This document shows positions 52,751 to 61,767 of a DNA stretch of 64,000 bases, one piece after another. The position numbers were made by a program, and so were the translations under genes. The DNA is taken from assembly GCA_040755455.1 (NCBI GenBank), contig JBFMAY010000010.1, positions 32,012 to 96,011 on the forward strand, in the 5' to 3' direction. The number at the start of each line of letters is the position of its first letter. Positions within the stretch are counted from its first letter, which is position 1. Source of the DNA: Thermodesulfobacteriota bacterium. Lineage in GTDB: Bacteria > Desulfobacterota > Desulfobulbia > Desulfobulbales > SURF-16. The notes below the pieces were generated by a model. That model made no database searches and was not told where the DNA came from. It worked only from the letters and a program-made list of their open reading frames with translations.

Positions 52751-54529
52751 TCAAACAAAAACGAAGATCAGCACTGCAGCAGCAGCTACTGACGCTGCAA
52801 AGAATATATTGTATTGTATATTTCCTGCCTGAACCTTCCGCACGACCCCCCCAAGAGAACGGACAGATCTGGCCGAACCGTCCAACGCACCATCTATGGC
52901 ATTCCAGTCAAACCAAGACCAGAATCGGGCAATTGTCATAAGGGAGAACAGGCCTACATAGCGATATATTTCGCCGACACAGCTGTCAATGAACTGAAAA
53001 ATCCGGCTGTCAACCCACATGAAGCCGCGACCGGCCATCCGGTAGAACCAGTCGAGATCAAGACTGATGGTGGCTGTGGGCTCCATGAACCTTTTCAGCA
53101 CAAAGAACATCACGCCTGTACCACCTATGATCTGCAGCGTTTCCGACAGATGATAGGCCGTATAGGGATGGTATGCAACCGGGAAGGGCAACATATTGTA
53201 GAGATAAGGCGTATAACAGCCGATAAAGGCGCACATAACTGCGGCGACAGCCATGGCGGCCTGCATGTTCCAGGGCGGATCAGCAGCCTTTTCCCACCTT
53301 TCACTGGTGCAGTTGTTTTTACCAAACCAGATATAGTAGGGAACCTTCAGCCCAGCCAGCAGGAAGGTGCCACCGGAAGCGAGCAACAGAGCAAACCCGG
53401 CCCAGTAATGGTGTTCCGCAAGTCCTGCGGAAATAATCATTGATTTACTGACAAACCCGCTGAACAGCGGGAAACCGGCAATGGATAGACCACCGATCAG
53501 GGTAAAGAAAAAGGTGCGGGGCATTTTTTTATACAACCCGCCCAGCTCATTGAGCTTGCAGGTGCCGGCCATGTAAAGCACCGAACCGGTACCCATGAAC
53601 AGCAGACCATTATATAGGATGTGGGCAAAGGCATGGGCACAGGCGCCGTTAATGGCGAGATTTGTCCCAATGCCAACCCCCACTACCATGTAGCCGACCT
53701 GGCTCACCGTATCCCAGGCGAATATCCGCCGACCGTCGTTTTCTATCACGCCGTAAACCACACCGTACAGAGCCATGACGGCTCCCAGCGGTATGAGGAT
53801 CTCCATCCCGGCAAAGCCGCGAGCCAGTACATAAATAGCTGTTTTGGTGGTAAAGGCGCACATGAACACGGCACCGGCCACGCTGGCCTCGGCATAGGCA
53901 TCCGGCAGCCATGAATGAAAGGGCGGCACGGCGGCGTTGACGATGAAGCCGATCAGAATCAGATAGGTGGCAAGACTAGGGGTATCAACGCCAAGCGGAA
54001 CAAAGGAGAGGTCACCACCGGTGTTGTAATAACGCAGCACAAACCCGGCTAACAGGAACAGCCCGCCTATGGTATGAATAAGCAAATATCGGTATCCGGT
54101 AGCCAGAGACTGGGGCCCTCGCCTGAACCAGACCAGAAAGACCGAGGCAAAGGCCATGAGTTCCCAGAAGAGGAAGAGAACAACATAGTCACCGCAGAAT
54201 ATAACGCCGAGGGAACCGGCCACATAAAACCAGGCGGCTATATGCTGGGCGTCCTCTTCGACATTCAGGGCAAACAATGTGCCGATGATACACATGAGGG
54301 ACATGATGTAGCCAAAAATCTGGCTGAGGTTGTCAACCCGTCCGAAGATCAGTTGCCAATCAATGAACTGCACAACACCGTGAACACCCTTGTTCATTGC
54401 CAGCACTGATAAAAATGTCAGAACCGGCACAAGCAGGAGATACGGTTTCCTGATTGGCCCTTTCATTAAGGGCAGAATGAGTCCGCCGATGATAAGGATA
54501 AGTGCGGGATGCAGCCAAAAATTATTCAT
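52751..54529 (-). CDS. Antiporter-type pumping subunit: MrpD-like core with a NuoL-type C-terminal lateral helix
   Basis: FWELMA, PPFHSWLPDAY.EA, GFVSKS; C-terminal DWFY...IDGALDG...QAGNIQY resembles the NuoL tail. Confidence 0.8.
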   Translation of the reverse strand: MNNFWLHPALILIIGGLILPLMKGPIRKPYLLLVPVLTFLSVLAMNKGVHGVVQFIDWQLIFGRVDNLSQIFGYIMSLMCIIGTLFALNVEEDAQHIAAWFYVAGSLGVIFCGDYVVLFLFWELMAFASVFLVWFRRGPQSLATGYRYLLIHTIGGLFLLAGFVLRYYNTGGDLSFVPLGVDTPSLATYLILIGFIVNAAVPPFHSWLPDAYAEASVAGAVFMCAFTTKTAIYVLARGFAGMEILIPLGAVMALYGVVYGVIENDGRRIFAWDTVSQVGYMVVGVGIGTNLAINGACAHAFAHILYNGLLFMGTGSVLYMAGTCKLNELGGLYKKMPRTFFFTLIGGLSIAGFPLFSGFVSKSMIISAGLAEHHYWAGFALLLASGGTFLLAGLKVPYYIWFGKNNCTSERWEKAADPPWNMQAAMAVAAVMCAFIGCYTPYLYNMLPFPVAYHPYTAYHLSETLQIIGGTGVMFFVLKRFMEPTATISLDLDWFYRMAGRGFMWVDSRIFQFIDSCVGEIYRYVGLFSLMTIARFWSWFDWNAIDGALDGSARSVRSLGGVVRKVQAGNIQYNIFFAASVAAAAVLIFVFV

Positions 54530-54770
54530 CGTAATAATCCTCACGGGTCATGATTCCCAGGCGTCCGAGGAACCTGGACACGACAATAAGCAGAGCGCCA
54601 CCGATCAGTCCAAAGAAGCTCCAGAAAAAAGGTATTTTTTCCATCTTGAGATGAGCATGACTCAAATCAATCATAAATGATCCCCAAAGAGCTATTACGC
54701 CGATCAAAATCAAACAGGCAATAATAACGATTTTGAGGCGTTCGCGGAAGAATTCAATCAAGCTAATCAT
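54522..54770 (-). CDS. Small two-TM protein in the nuo operon
   Basis: 82 aa, IPFFWSFFG, REDYYDE; overlaps both neighbours. Confidence 0.75.
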   Translation of the reverse strand: MISLIEFFRERLKIVIIACLILIGVIALWGSFMIDLSHAHLKMEKIPFFWSFFGLIGGALLIVVSRFLGRLGIMTREDYYDE

Positions 54771-56266
54771 CCTATCACCGCCTTAACAAAATTCATGAAA
54801 AAATTCGGATAGATACCAATAATGACCGATATAAGTGACGCTGTACAGAGCGGGATAACCATACTCAACGGTGCCTCTTTGATCCCCTCATACTGTTCGC
54901 CGGCCGGACGTTTGCCGAAAAAGGCCTTATAGGCAACCGGTGCAAAATAACCAACATTAAGTAAGGTACTGGCAAGCAATACCAGAATAATACCCAAGGA
55001 CCCGGACTCGATGGTGCCGACCAGCAGTTCCCATTTGGTCACAAAGCCCGCAACCGGAGGCGCGCCGATCATGCTGAGGGATGCCACGGCAAAGGCGCCG
55101 AAGGTAAACGGCATTGTCCTGGCCAACCCACCCATCTCAGAGATATTCTTTTTATGTGTGGCGACATAGATGGCGCCGGCACAAAAGAACAGTGTGATCT
55201 TGGAAAAGGCGTGATTGGCGATATGGATAAGCCCACCGGCAATGCCGTGGGGAGTAAGCAGACAAACGCCAAGAATAATATAGGAAAGCTGACTGACCGT
55301 GGAATAGGCAAGCCGGGCTTTCAGATTGTCTTTGGTCAAGGCGATGACGGATGCCATGACAACGGTGAAACCGACAAAGTAGGCAGTGGGTAATCCCAGG
55401 TTCAGCGAACTCATCAGATCCACCCCGAAACCGTACAGCATCATCCTGGTGGTACAGAAGACACCGACCTTAACAACTGCCACGGCATGCAGGAGCGCAC
55501 TGACTGGGGTAGGGGCAACCATGGCGCCTGGCAACCAGTGATGAAAGGGCATCACGCCGTTCTTGGCAAAACCGAAGAGACAGAAGATGAAAAGCATGGT
55601 AACAATGGCTGAGTTGGCATCGGCCGGGAACATGCCCTCATGAATGTTATGGGGGAAATCAAGCGAACCGGTCATCACATAGATGAGCGCCAGGGAGGGC
55701 AACAGAAATCCTTTGGCCGTGGTCGTCAGGTAAACAATGTATTTCTTGGCGCCCTCATAGGCCTCTTCATCCTGATGATGCGCAACCAGTGGATAGGTGC
55801 AGACACTGACGATCTCATAGAAGAGATACAAGGTAAAAAGATTGTCCGAAAAGGCCACGCCTATGGCGCCGAATATCGCTATGGCAAAGCAGGTATTGAA
55901 CCGTGTCTGGGCATGTTCATGCAGTCCCCGCATATAGCCCATGGAGTAAAAGGCGGCGGCAATCCACAGCGATGAGGCGACCAGCGCGAAAATCATGGAA
56001 AAGGCGTCAGCACGCAGGGTGACCGTAACACCAGGCAGAATTTTAAAAAGCTGATAATAAAGGGTTTTTCCGGCAAGAACCGGAGAAACCATCGTTAAGA
56101 CCATTGAAAAAAGTATTACTGCAGATATGACAGACCAACTCTCCCGCAGGTTGGGCTTTTTCCCGGACAATGAGACGAGAAAGGAGCCAAGCAATGGGAC
56201 AAGCAAAGCCCATACTAATCTACTTGTGGTTACGATATCGCCGGTGGCGGCGCTGACGGTTTCCAT
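54767..56266 (-). CDS. MrpD-family antiporter-type subunit
   Basis: FYEIVS...YPLVAH, MPFHHWLPGAMVAPTPVSALLHAVAVVK, ARLAYSTVSQL, GFVTKW. Confidence 0.88.
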   Translation of the reverse strand: METVSAATGDIVTTSRLVWALLVPLLGSFLVSLSGKKPNLRESWSVISAVILFSMVLTMVSPVLAGKTLYYQLFKILPGVTVTLRADAFSMIFALVASSLWIAAAFYSMGYMRGLHEHAQTRFNTCFAIAIFGAIGVAFSDNLFTLYLFYEIVSVCTYPLVAHHQDEEAYEGAKKYIVYLTTTAKGFLLPSLALIYVMTGSLDFPHNIHEGMFPADANSAIVTMLFIFCLFGFAKNGVMPFHHWLPGAMVAPTPVSALLHAVAVVKVGVFCTTRMMLYGFGVDLMSSLNLGLPTAYFVGFTVVMASVIALTKDNLKARLAYSTVSQLSYIILGVCLLTPHGIAGGLIHIANHAFSKITLFFCAGAIYVATHKKNISEMGGLARTMPFTFGAFAVASLSMIGAPPVAGFVTKWELLVGTIESGSLGIILVLLASTLLNVGYFAPVAYKAFFGKRPAGEQYEGIKEAPLSMVIPLCTASLISVIIGIYPNFFMNFVKAVIG

Positions 56267-56280
56267 GATAATCCTCAATG

Positions 56281-56601
56281 CTATCCTTTAAGTTCTACCA
56301 GGTCTTCAACTTCAATGGACTTATAATTCCGATAAACGGCTATTACTATGCTCAGCGATATGGCGGCCTCGGCAGCGGCAATGGCCATGATAAATAGGGT
56401 GATGATCTGCCCCACCGTGGGATCAGGTGCGAGAAAACGATTAAAGGCCATAAAGTTGATGGAAGCGCCGCTTAAAACGAGCTCTACTGCTATCAACATA
56501 CCGATGAGGCTTGGTCTGCGGACCATACCGAAAATGCCAAAGCCAAAAAGTATGGCGCCAATGATAAGATACGTATTGAGTTGTGTGCTGAGAGTTAACA
56601 T
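56281..56601 (-). CDS. nuoK: NADH-quinone oxidoreductase subunit K
   Basis: AVELVL, GQ, IAAAEAA. Confidence 0.9.
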   Translation of the reverse strand: MLTLSTQLNTYLIIGAILFGFGIFGMVRRPSLIGMLIAVELVLSGASINFMAFNRFLAPDPTVGQIITLFIMAIAAAEAAISLSIVIAVYRNYKSIEVEDLVELKG

Positions 56602-56603
56602 CC

Positions 56604-57134
56604 TTAATTTCCCCTCCTTCCGGCGCGGGCAAGAGCCATGGAGCCAATGATGGCAACCAGAAGTACTATGGAGATGAGCTCAAATACCATGCTGTACTTG
56701 GTCAGCAGGGCTTCACCCATCATCTTTAATGAGCCGTCATTCACCGGAGTTGCGGGTGCCATCCAGTGGCCGGTGACCGCTGCATAGGCAAGAGCGAATG
56801 ATACCGCTCCGCCACAAACCGCGGCCAGCCCGCCGCTTAATCCGCTGATCTTTCTGGCCAGTCTGCGCTCATCGGGCTCGGCAAGCATGATGGCAAAGGC
56901 TATGGTGACACAAACGGCACCCACGTAAATAAGCAACTCCATCATGGCGACAAAAGGACTGTTCAGGAAATAGTACAGCCCCGCAACGCCTACAAAGCAA
57001 ACGGCAAGTCCGCTGACGCTTCTGATCAATCTTTGTGTACACGTTGCTATTATCGCCCCGATCATTGTTACGCCAATAAGGATCAGAAAAATAACTCCGG
57101 CTAAACCTTCGGGTGAAAACAGTGAAGGATTCAT
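56604..57134 (-). CDS. nuoJ: NADH-quinone oxidoreductase subunit J
   Basis: LIYVGAV, FELISIVLLVAIIG. Confidence 0.9.
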   Translation of the reverse strand: MNPSLFSPEGLAGVIFLILIGVTMIGAIIATCTQRLIRSVSGLAVCFVGVAGLYYFLNSPFVAMMELLIYVGAVCVTIAFAIMLAEPDERRLARKISGLSGGLAAVCGGAVSFALAYAAVTGHWMAPATPVNDGSLKMMGEALLTKYSMVFELISIVLLVAIIGSMALARAGRRGN

Positions 57135-57721
57135 CAGCTTTTTTCCTCTGCTTTTGATGCCCCGCCTTCCTTAGCAGGTGCTTTTTTTGCGGGTTCTTTC
57201 TTTGCCGCACCTTCTTTCTTTGCAGCTTCTTTCTTTTCGAGTTCTTTCTTCAATAATTCCGGATCAACCTCAGGTTCAGGAACACCTTCGGGATGAAGCC
57301 GTTGCAGCAGGTCGAATATATAATCTTCCCGTCTGGTGCTGGCCAGATTGTACTCATTGGAAAAGCCAATGGCTTCCGGCTTGCAGTTTTCAACACACTG
57401 TCCGCAGAGACTGCAGGTGGTAAAGTTGAGAATATAGGCGGTCAGCACCTTGCCCTTCACCCCCGGACGTTTTTCGGATTTGACGGTGATGCTGCCGGAT
57501 GGGCAACCCTTTTCACACATGCCGCAGGTGATGCAGCGGTGTGTGCCGGTCTCAGTATCCTTGAGCAGTTCAATATGGCCGCGATAACGCGGGTACATTT
57601 TTACTGACTGGTGGGGATACTGCAGCGTGATCGGTTTCGTCAAAAACTCTTTATTGGTGATCTGCAACCCGACGACCAGACTCTTCAACCCCGTGATGAT
57701 ATCTTTTATGTATCCGGACAT
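57134..57721 (-). CDS. nuoI: NADH-quinone oxidoreductase subunit I
   Basis: TLQYP, RYRG, two CxxCxxCxxxC 4Fe-4S motifs; real start at ATG 57721; K/A/E-rich tail. Confidence 0.9.
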   Translation of the reverse strand: MSGYIKDIITGLKSLVVGLQITNKEFLTKPITLQYPHQSVKMYPRYRGHIELLKDTETGTHRCITCGMCEKGCPSGSITVKSEKRPGVKGKVLTAYILNFTTCSLCGQCVENCKPEAIGFSNEYNLASTRREDYIFDLLQRLHPEGVPEPEVDPELLKKELEKKEAAKKEGAAKKEPAKKAPAKEGGASKAEEKS

Positions 57722-57723
57722 AA

Positions 57724-58707
57724 TCAAAATACCTTTATAAATAAGGCGGTAAGCAACAGGTTTACCAAGGAAAACGGTATGAGGTATTTCCAGGAAAGGT
57801 TGAGCAATCCCCAGAATGTGGTTCGGGGATAGGTCCAGCGAATCCAGACAAAACACCAGATAAGAAAATACATCTTGATCAGAAACCAGTGCGGACCAGG
57901 GAATAAGCCAAACGGGCATTGCCAGCCGCCGAGAAAGAGAATGGTGGTCAAGCTGCAGCCGATAACCAGGTTGGCATACTCAGCCATCATGAACAGACCG
58001 AAACCCATACCGCCGTATTCAGTATGATAACCGGCAACAAGCTCGCCCTCGCACTCCCCAAGATCAAAAGGTGTACGATTAGTCTCAGCCAAGGAACAGA
58101 TAAAGAAAACAAGAAAGGAAACCGGCATGAGTATGGACTTATCCAGCCGGAATACATTCCACTGCCAGAAATAACTCCCCTGCTGCCGGACAATTTCATT
58201 AAGATCCATGGAGCCTGTGATCATAACAATGTTGATTGCCGTGATCAGCATGGGAATTTCATAGGCAACATTCTGGGAAACCGCCCTGGTGCCGGCGATG
58301 AGTGAATACTTGTTACCCGAACCCCAGCCACCGATAAGGATGGATAAACCACCCACTGAGGCAAAGGCAAACATCATTATCAGACCGAAATTAAATTCCC
58401 GGGGCACCAGATGCTCACCAAAGGGAATAGCCACAAACAGCAGGACAGCGGGAACCATGATGAGAATGGGAGCACACATGTACAGCGGCCTGTCGGCATT
58501 GGCCGGTATCAGCAGCTGCTTTGACATCAGCTTGAGACCGTCGGCAAGGGGCTGCAGCAGACCATAGGGCCCAACATCCTTCGGTCCGGTCCGCCTCTGA
58601 ATATGGCCGGCTCCCTTCCTCTCCACCCAGCCAAGATAGGCGAGATTCAGGCCAAGAAAGGCGGCGAGGCCCAGCATATAAGCGAGTAATCGTATTAATT
58701 CATTCAT
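57724..58707 (-). CDS. nuoH: NADH-quinone oxidoreductase subunit H
   Basis: ERK, GLLQPLADGLK, AETNRTPFDL, RWTYPR. Confidence 0.94.
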   Translation of the reverse strand: MNELIRLLAYMLGLAAFLGLNLAYLGWVERKGAGHIQRRTGPKDVGPYGLLQPLADGLKLMSKQLLIPANADRPLYMCAPILIMVPAVLLFVAIPFGEHLVPREFNFGLIMMFAFASVGGLSILIGGWGSGNKYSLIAGTRAVSQNVAYEIPMLITAINIVMITGSMDLNEIVRQQGSYFWQWNVFRLDKSILMPVSFLVFFICSLAETNRTPFDLGECEGELVAGYHTEYGGMGFGLFMMAEYANLVIGCSLTTILFLGGWQCPFGLFPGPHWFLIKMYFLIWCFVWIRWTYPRTTFWGLLNLSWKYLIPFSLVNLLLTALFIKVF

Positions 58708-58719
58708 CGTGCTTGCTCC

Positions 58720-59838
58720 TTACCGGTCCATCTCGGGGATGACGGGATCAAGACTTCCCAAAAACGCCAGGGCGTCGGAGAGCAGCATACCGCGGCTTGC
58801 CTCCTCGAACAGGCTGACATTGGAATAGGTTGGAGACCTCAGCCTCATCCGGTACGAGGTATTTGTGCCGTCACTGACGGTTCGCATTGAAAATGTACCG
58901 CGCGCAGCTTCAACCGCATAATGATAATCTCCCTTGGGCGGCTTCAGGGACTTCGGTACTTTCTCCGCCATCACCGGTCCTTCCGGCAGCTTATTCAAGG
59001 CCTGTTCGATAATGCGGCAGGACTGCACCATCTCGTCCATTCTCACCATGTAACGGGCCATTGAATCACATTCTTTGTACACAGGAATATCAAAATCAAG
59101 CTCTGGGTAGACGCTGTAAGGCTCATTCCGGCGAATATCATAATTTACGCCTGAGCCGCGCAGAACCGGTCCGGTGGCGCCATATTTCCGGCACAGTTCA
59201 GCGGAAACGGGGCCGACCCCGATAAGACGGTCCATCAGAATAACGTTGCCAGTAACCAGTTTATGATACATGGGGATCTGCGGACGGAACCGTTTGAGAA
59301 AGGCGCGTGTTCCGGTAATGAAGTCGTCATCGATATCGTTATACACCCCGCCAAAGCGGAAATAACAGTAGGTGAGGCGGGAGCCGGTGACCGACTCCAG
59401 CAGATCAAGGATCTGCTCGCGCTCATCCATGGCGTACATCAGCGGGGTAAAGCCACCGAGGTCCATGATGTAGGCGCCGAAGCCTAACAGATGACTCTGT
59501 ATACGATTCAGTTCCGCTGTAATGACGCGAATGTACTCAGCCCGCTCAGGGACGACAATACCCATGGCCCGCTCGACAAGTCCGGCGTAGCAATGATTAT
59601 AGGCAATGGCAGACAGATAATCGAGACGGCCCATATTAGGCCAGAACTGGTTCCAGGTTCTATTTTCACCCATCTTCTCATGCATGCGGTGAATATAGCC
59701 GAGTATAGGCTCGGCCCGGTCGATATATTCACCATCCATAACGACCTTGATGCGCAGTACACCGTGGGTGGCAGGATGCTGTGGACCTATATTCAGCTCA
59801 AAGGTCTCACGCAGCTGGCTTTGGGCTAATGTACTCAT
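58720..59838 (-). CDS. nuoD: NADH-quinone oxidoreductase subunit D
   Basis: NIGPQHPATHGVLR, GYIHR, RLDY, C-terminal EMDR; no NiFe CxxC motifs. Confidence 0.93.
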   Translation of the reverse strand: MSTLAQSQLRETFELNIGPQHPATHGVLRIKVVMDGEYIDRAEPILGYIHRMHEKMGENRTWNQFWPNMGRLDYLSAIAYNHCYAGLVERAMGIVVPERAEYIRVITAELNRIQSHLLGFGAYIMDLGGFTPLMYAMDEREQILDLLESVTGSRLTYCYFRFGGVYNDIDDDFITGTRAFLKRFRPQIPMYHKLVTGNVILMDRLIGVGPVSAELCRKYGATGPVLRGSGVNYDIRRNEPYSVYPELDFDIPVYKECDSMARYMVRMDEMVQSCRIIEQALNKLPEGPVMAEKVPKSLKPPKGDYHYAVEAARGTFSMRTVSDGTNTSYRMRLRSPTYSNVSLFEEASRGMLLSDALAFLGSLDPVIPEMDR

Positions 59839-60395
59839 GGTTTGAAATCCTTACGTAATGGATAGAAATCAGCATCTTCCGGCAGCAGGAAGTGTTCAAG
59901 CTGCGGATGGCCGACAAAATTGATGCCCAGCAGTTCCCAGGTCTCCCTCTCATGCCAATTTGCCCCGCCATATATATGACAAACAGTGGGGACGTCCGGC
60001 TTGTTCCGATCAACCCTGGCGCGCACCACCACGCGGAACAACTGACCACCTGGATAAGAATAATCATAGATGACCTCGAACTGACCTTCCTTGATCCAGT
60101 CAACACCGGTCACCATCTCCAGAGTCATCCCTTCACCGTCAAGTATTTCAGTCGCTCTGACCACCTGATCTGGGTTGATCTGCACATCAAGATGGGTACC
60201 CCGTTTTGCATATTCCGTTTCAATCACGCCATTTTTCCGCGGGACATCCTCTTCTTTCTTAGCTTTGGCCTTGGCCTTGTCCTCACCCTCTGCTTCAGCT
60301 TGGACTGCCACCGGGGCCACCTCCTGCGGTTGCTCAGCAGGAAGGCCTTCAGCGGCCAACTTTTCCAGTTCTCTTTTTATTTTAGCTCGATCCAT
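59835..60395 (-). CDS. nuoC: NADH-quinone oxidoreductase subunit C
   Basis: GVD, ANWHERE, F.GHP, PLRKDF. Confidence 0.9.
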   Translation of the reverse strand: MDRAKIKRELEKLAAEGLPAEQPQEVAPVAVQAEAEGEDKAKAKAKKEEDVPRKNGVIETEYAKRGTHLDVQINPDQVVRATEILDGEGMTLEMVTGVDWIKEGQFEVIYDYSYPGGQLFRVVVRARVDRNKPDVPTVCHIYGGANWHERETWELLGINFVGHPQLEHFLLPEDADFYPLRKDFKP

Positions 60396-60476
60396 AACGT
60401 TACCATGAAGGTGGACTCACAAAAATCGGCGGTAATAAATTACCTGAAGCCTGTGAGTGGTAAATTCTGCCCTGGC

Positions 60477-61013
60477 TCAACCCTTAACCGCTGTTTCCGG
60501 TTTAACCCGCGGCCAGCGCCGATGGCCGGTAATCTTTTCCTCAAGCTCCAGCAATCCCTCTATCAGGGCCTCAGGACGTGGGGGACAACCGGGAATATAG
60601 ACATCAACCGGCAGAAAGCTGTCCACTCCTTCAACTACATTATATTGACCCGGATAGGCAAAAGGACCACCGGAAATAGCACAGTTTCCCATGGCGATAA
60701 CCCACTTAGGTTCCGGCATCTGGTCATAGAGGATTTTCACGGCAGGCAGCATCTTTTTATTCACCGTGCCGGCAACAATCATCACATCGCTTTGCCGGGG
60801 CGACGGCCGGAAAACCTCCGCACCAAAGCGCGACAGGTCAAAACGGGCGCAACCGCTTGATAGCATCTCAATGGCGCAGCAGGCCAAGCCGAAGGTCATG
60901 GGCCACAACGAGTTTGCCCTGGCCAGCATGCGCAGTTGATCCAGCTGATGGAACTGCACCAGTGCAGGGGGTATAGCAGTCTCTACTGCTGTTGGTATAC
61001 TTTCCGTTCCCAC
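60477..61013 (-). CDS. nuoB: NADH-quinone oxidoreductase subunit B
   Basis: [28 protein letters not shown]. Confidence 0.95.
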   Translation of the reverse strand: MGTESIPTAVETAIPPALVQFHQLDQLRMLARANSLWPMTFGLACCAIEMLSSGCARFDLSRFGAEVFRPSPRQSDVMIVAGTVNKKMLPAVKILYDQMPEPKWVIAMGNCAISGGPFAYPGQYNVVEGVDSFLPVDVYIPGCPPRPEALIEGLLELEEKITGHRRWPRVKPETAVKG

Positions 61014-61384
61014 TTGAACACTCCCTTATTCCAGGCATAAACAATCGCCAGTGAAAGAATCGCGACAAATAAAACAACCTCGACAAAACCCCGAATGCCC
61101 GGGAATTCGTTATAAACAGCGGCCACCGGGAAAAGAAACAGGACATCCACATCAAAGGCCAGAAACATCAAGGCATACAGATAATAGAGAATCCCATAGC
61201 GAATCCAGGCTGGACCGATGGTTTCCATGCCGCACTCAATAGGAATTCGTGTCTTGTTGACGATATGGCGGGTTCCTCGCGGGGAAAACAGATAAACAAT
61301 GAGGAGGGGACCGAAGCCGAAGGCGAGACCGCAAAGTGTAAAAGCGGCAATATAAAGAAGATCAAGGAGAGCCTGTTGTTCCAC
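60983..61384 (-). CDS. nuoA: NADH-quinone oxidoreductase subunit A
   Basis: ECG, FLAFDVD, KGVFKW. Confidence 0.92.
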   Translation of the reverse strand: MEQQALLDLLYIAAFTLCGLAFGFGPLLIVYLFSPRGTRHIVNKTRIPIECGMETIGPAWIRYGILYYLYALMFLAFDVDVLFLFPVAAVYNEFPGIRGFVEVVLFVAILSLAIVYAWNKGVFKWERKVYQQQ

Positions 61385-61690
61385 GTTTCTGCTCCTTTGC
61401 CCAACCGGGCGAAATGCGCCGGAAGAACGATAAGGTACTTCACAGTTCAGACTGACAGCACCTTAGAAATGGTTGTTGTGACCTCAAAAAAAGCCGACTC
61501 ATGAGCGCGCATCGCACAAAAATGCACACTTCAAGGCGTTATTATCCCATAGGTTTTTCTATGTCAAGCAAAAAATGAATGACTATTCACACAATTATGA
61601 ATAACGGTTCATTTGAATCCGCCAAACAAGCTCCAAGGCGTTAACATTTCGATTTCATTTACAAATTGATGATCAAACAAAGACAGTTTC

Positions 61691-61708
61691 TTGTGCGCGT
61701 ATGCACAA
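61691..61708. promoter_or_regulatory. Rex-like palindrome upstream of the nuo operon
   Basis: TTGTGC-GCGTAT-GCACAA fits TTGTG-N8-CACAA spacing. Confidence 0.4.
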
Positions 61709-61767
61709 AAAAAACCAGACGGGCTACAGCAGGTTAAGGCCGCAGGAATACGGAGATAGGAACTTTA

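Noticed and set aside
57722..57919. N-terminal extension of NuoI in the ORF track
   Set aside because: It overlaps nuoH. The ATG at 57721 gives a normal NuoI.
58720..59838. Group 4 NiFe hydrogenase large subunit
   Set aside because: Lacks both CxxC motifs and has NuoD-type RLDY; NuoB has the tandem CC.
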